From NCBI GenBank assembly GCA_022813865.1, contig JALDZX010000029.1:1-64000 (forward strand): 64,000 nucleotides of DNA, written 5' to 3'. Both the position numbers and the translations under genes were made by a program. Below are positions 62,971 to 64,000 of the stretch, in pieces (position 1 is the stretch's first letter; every line of letters begins with the position of its first letter). Origin of the DNA: Xylographa opegraphella (taxonomy: Eukaryota). Under the pieces are notes generated by a model. That model saw only the letters and a list, made by a program, of their open reading frames with translations. It searched no databases and was not told the origin of the DNA.

Positions 62971-63922
62971 TCATAGGACGCGATATGCATCATAAATTAC
63001 CTCAGTACCACGACGCATGCCGCTCCCAATCCACATGCCAGTGTTGAGATGGAGATACCTGCTGTCGCCCGTCTCCATGTGTATGTAGAGTCTAAATGAG
63101 TAGCTTTTCGGATCCACTTCATCAGACTGCATGGGATCGTCGAGCTTCTCCAACACTTCTCTTGGCCCAACACGCCAGCCCTCAGTGCGGACTGCGATGA
63201 AGGCTGGCGGGTGGTCGTGCGTTTGGAGGAGGTAGTTTGTTTCGACATGCGTAGAAAGATCTTGCGCAACGAGTTGTTTGTCTTGCCCACCAGGCTGTTG
63301 AAGTTAGTATATACACAGTACCACGATCGAATGAACATACGATGACGGTTCCTTTGCCCCAACGACCGTTCCAGTGTCCTGAAACGAATGCGATCCAATT
63401 CCGCTGGCCCCAGATCCCGGGTCCAACGGAGATCTTGGGATTCAATTGTACACACATCTGAAAGTCCCGCTCAAGGGATGGTTTCGGGATAGGAAAGGAT
63501 CGGGATCCACTGGCGTCGCCCTGGAAGCCGTTAACCATGGTGTCGAGATCCCTCTTTTTCGGTGTCTTCATAGCAGGAGTAGGAGTTCCGTTAGCAGCCA
63601 ATTCGAGCAGCGGATTCTGAGGATTATGCTCTTTCATCGCATTGAGGTAATTGGGACATTCCAGCAGATGTTGGCGCTGGCGACTCGTGTTCTTCGCGCG
63701 CACCGACTGGCAGTAGATACATTGCGCAGACAGACACTGCGCGTGTCAGAAACTGATGGACCGCAGAAATGCAGGGACTTTACCTTGTCTGATTCTTTGG
63801 CCCGGAACTCGACGAAGGCAGCGTGAACATCGCTGGCAGCGACGCAGTATCAGCGACGTTACCAAAGTGGAACACCCGGGGGAGGCCGGGGGGGGTAATT
63901 ACGCATCACCAAGACGGCCCAT
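62971..63922 (-). CDS. BED-type zinc finger fused to UPF0311/DUF3237 domain
   Basis: Exons 63922-63903, 63832-63784, 63736-63341 and 63294-62971 give MGRLGDADVHAAFVEFRAKESDKCLSAQCIYCQSVRAKNTSRQRQHLLEC...GQRNWIAFVSGHWNGRWGKGTVIPGGQD...YLLQTHD...YSFRLYIHMETGDSRY...VIYDAYRV. Confidence 0.85.
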
Positions 63923-64000
63923 GTTTGGCGACGTTTTGGGTACAATGTTCTTGAAGCGTATTATGGGATTCATAAACGCACTATTTGACTAGGATTTCGC

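Overview
Gene-dense, intron-containing genomic DNA of a filamentous ascomycete (Pezizomycotina). A lichen-forming or Lecanoromycete origin is plausible but cannot be shown from sequence alone. The window opens with about 1.5 kb of very AT-rich, RIP-like degenerate repeat DNA. About 20 protein genes follow: EGD1/NAC-beta, CRY-DASH, NUP53, MPC2, NDUFA2-like, malate synthase, CBP4, a CHS4/SKT5-like SEL1 protein, PLS1 tetraspanin, MCM1, a DUF803/NIPA transporter, VMA4, a possible Nse6/SLF2-like protein, a DNF1/2 flippase, an EutQ-like cupin, an Acr-2-like Zn2Cys6 factor, a GT2 synthase, a membrane-anchored GH16, GH3 BglE and a BED-finger/DUF3237 fusion. There is also one intron-containing tRNA-Lys(UUU). 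Four observations stand out. (1) EGD1 reads in frame only through a single-nucleotide exon (G2004) flanked by two complete introns. (2) A co-oriented GT2 + GH16 pair, with a GH3 nearby, is a candidate beta-glucan (possibly mixed-linkage/lichenan) synthesis and remodelling module. (3) A palindromic GATC-repeat element upstream of CRY-DASH resembles a White Collar light-response element. (4) A BED-like zinc finger, split by introns and only partly shown in the ORF track, is fused to DUF3237. Gene models were assembled by eye from splice signals and remembered family motifs; no database searches were run.
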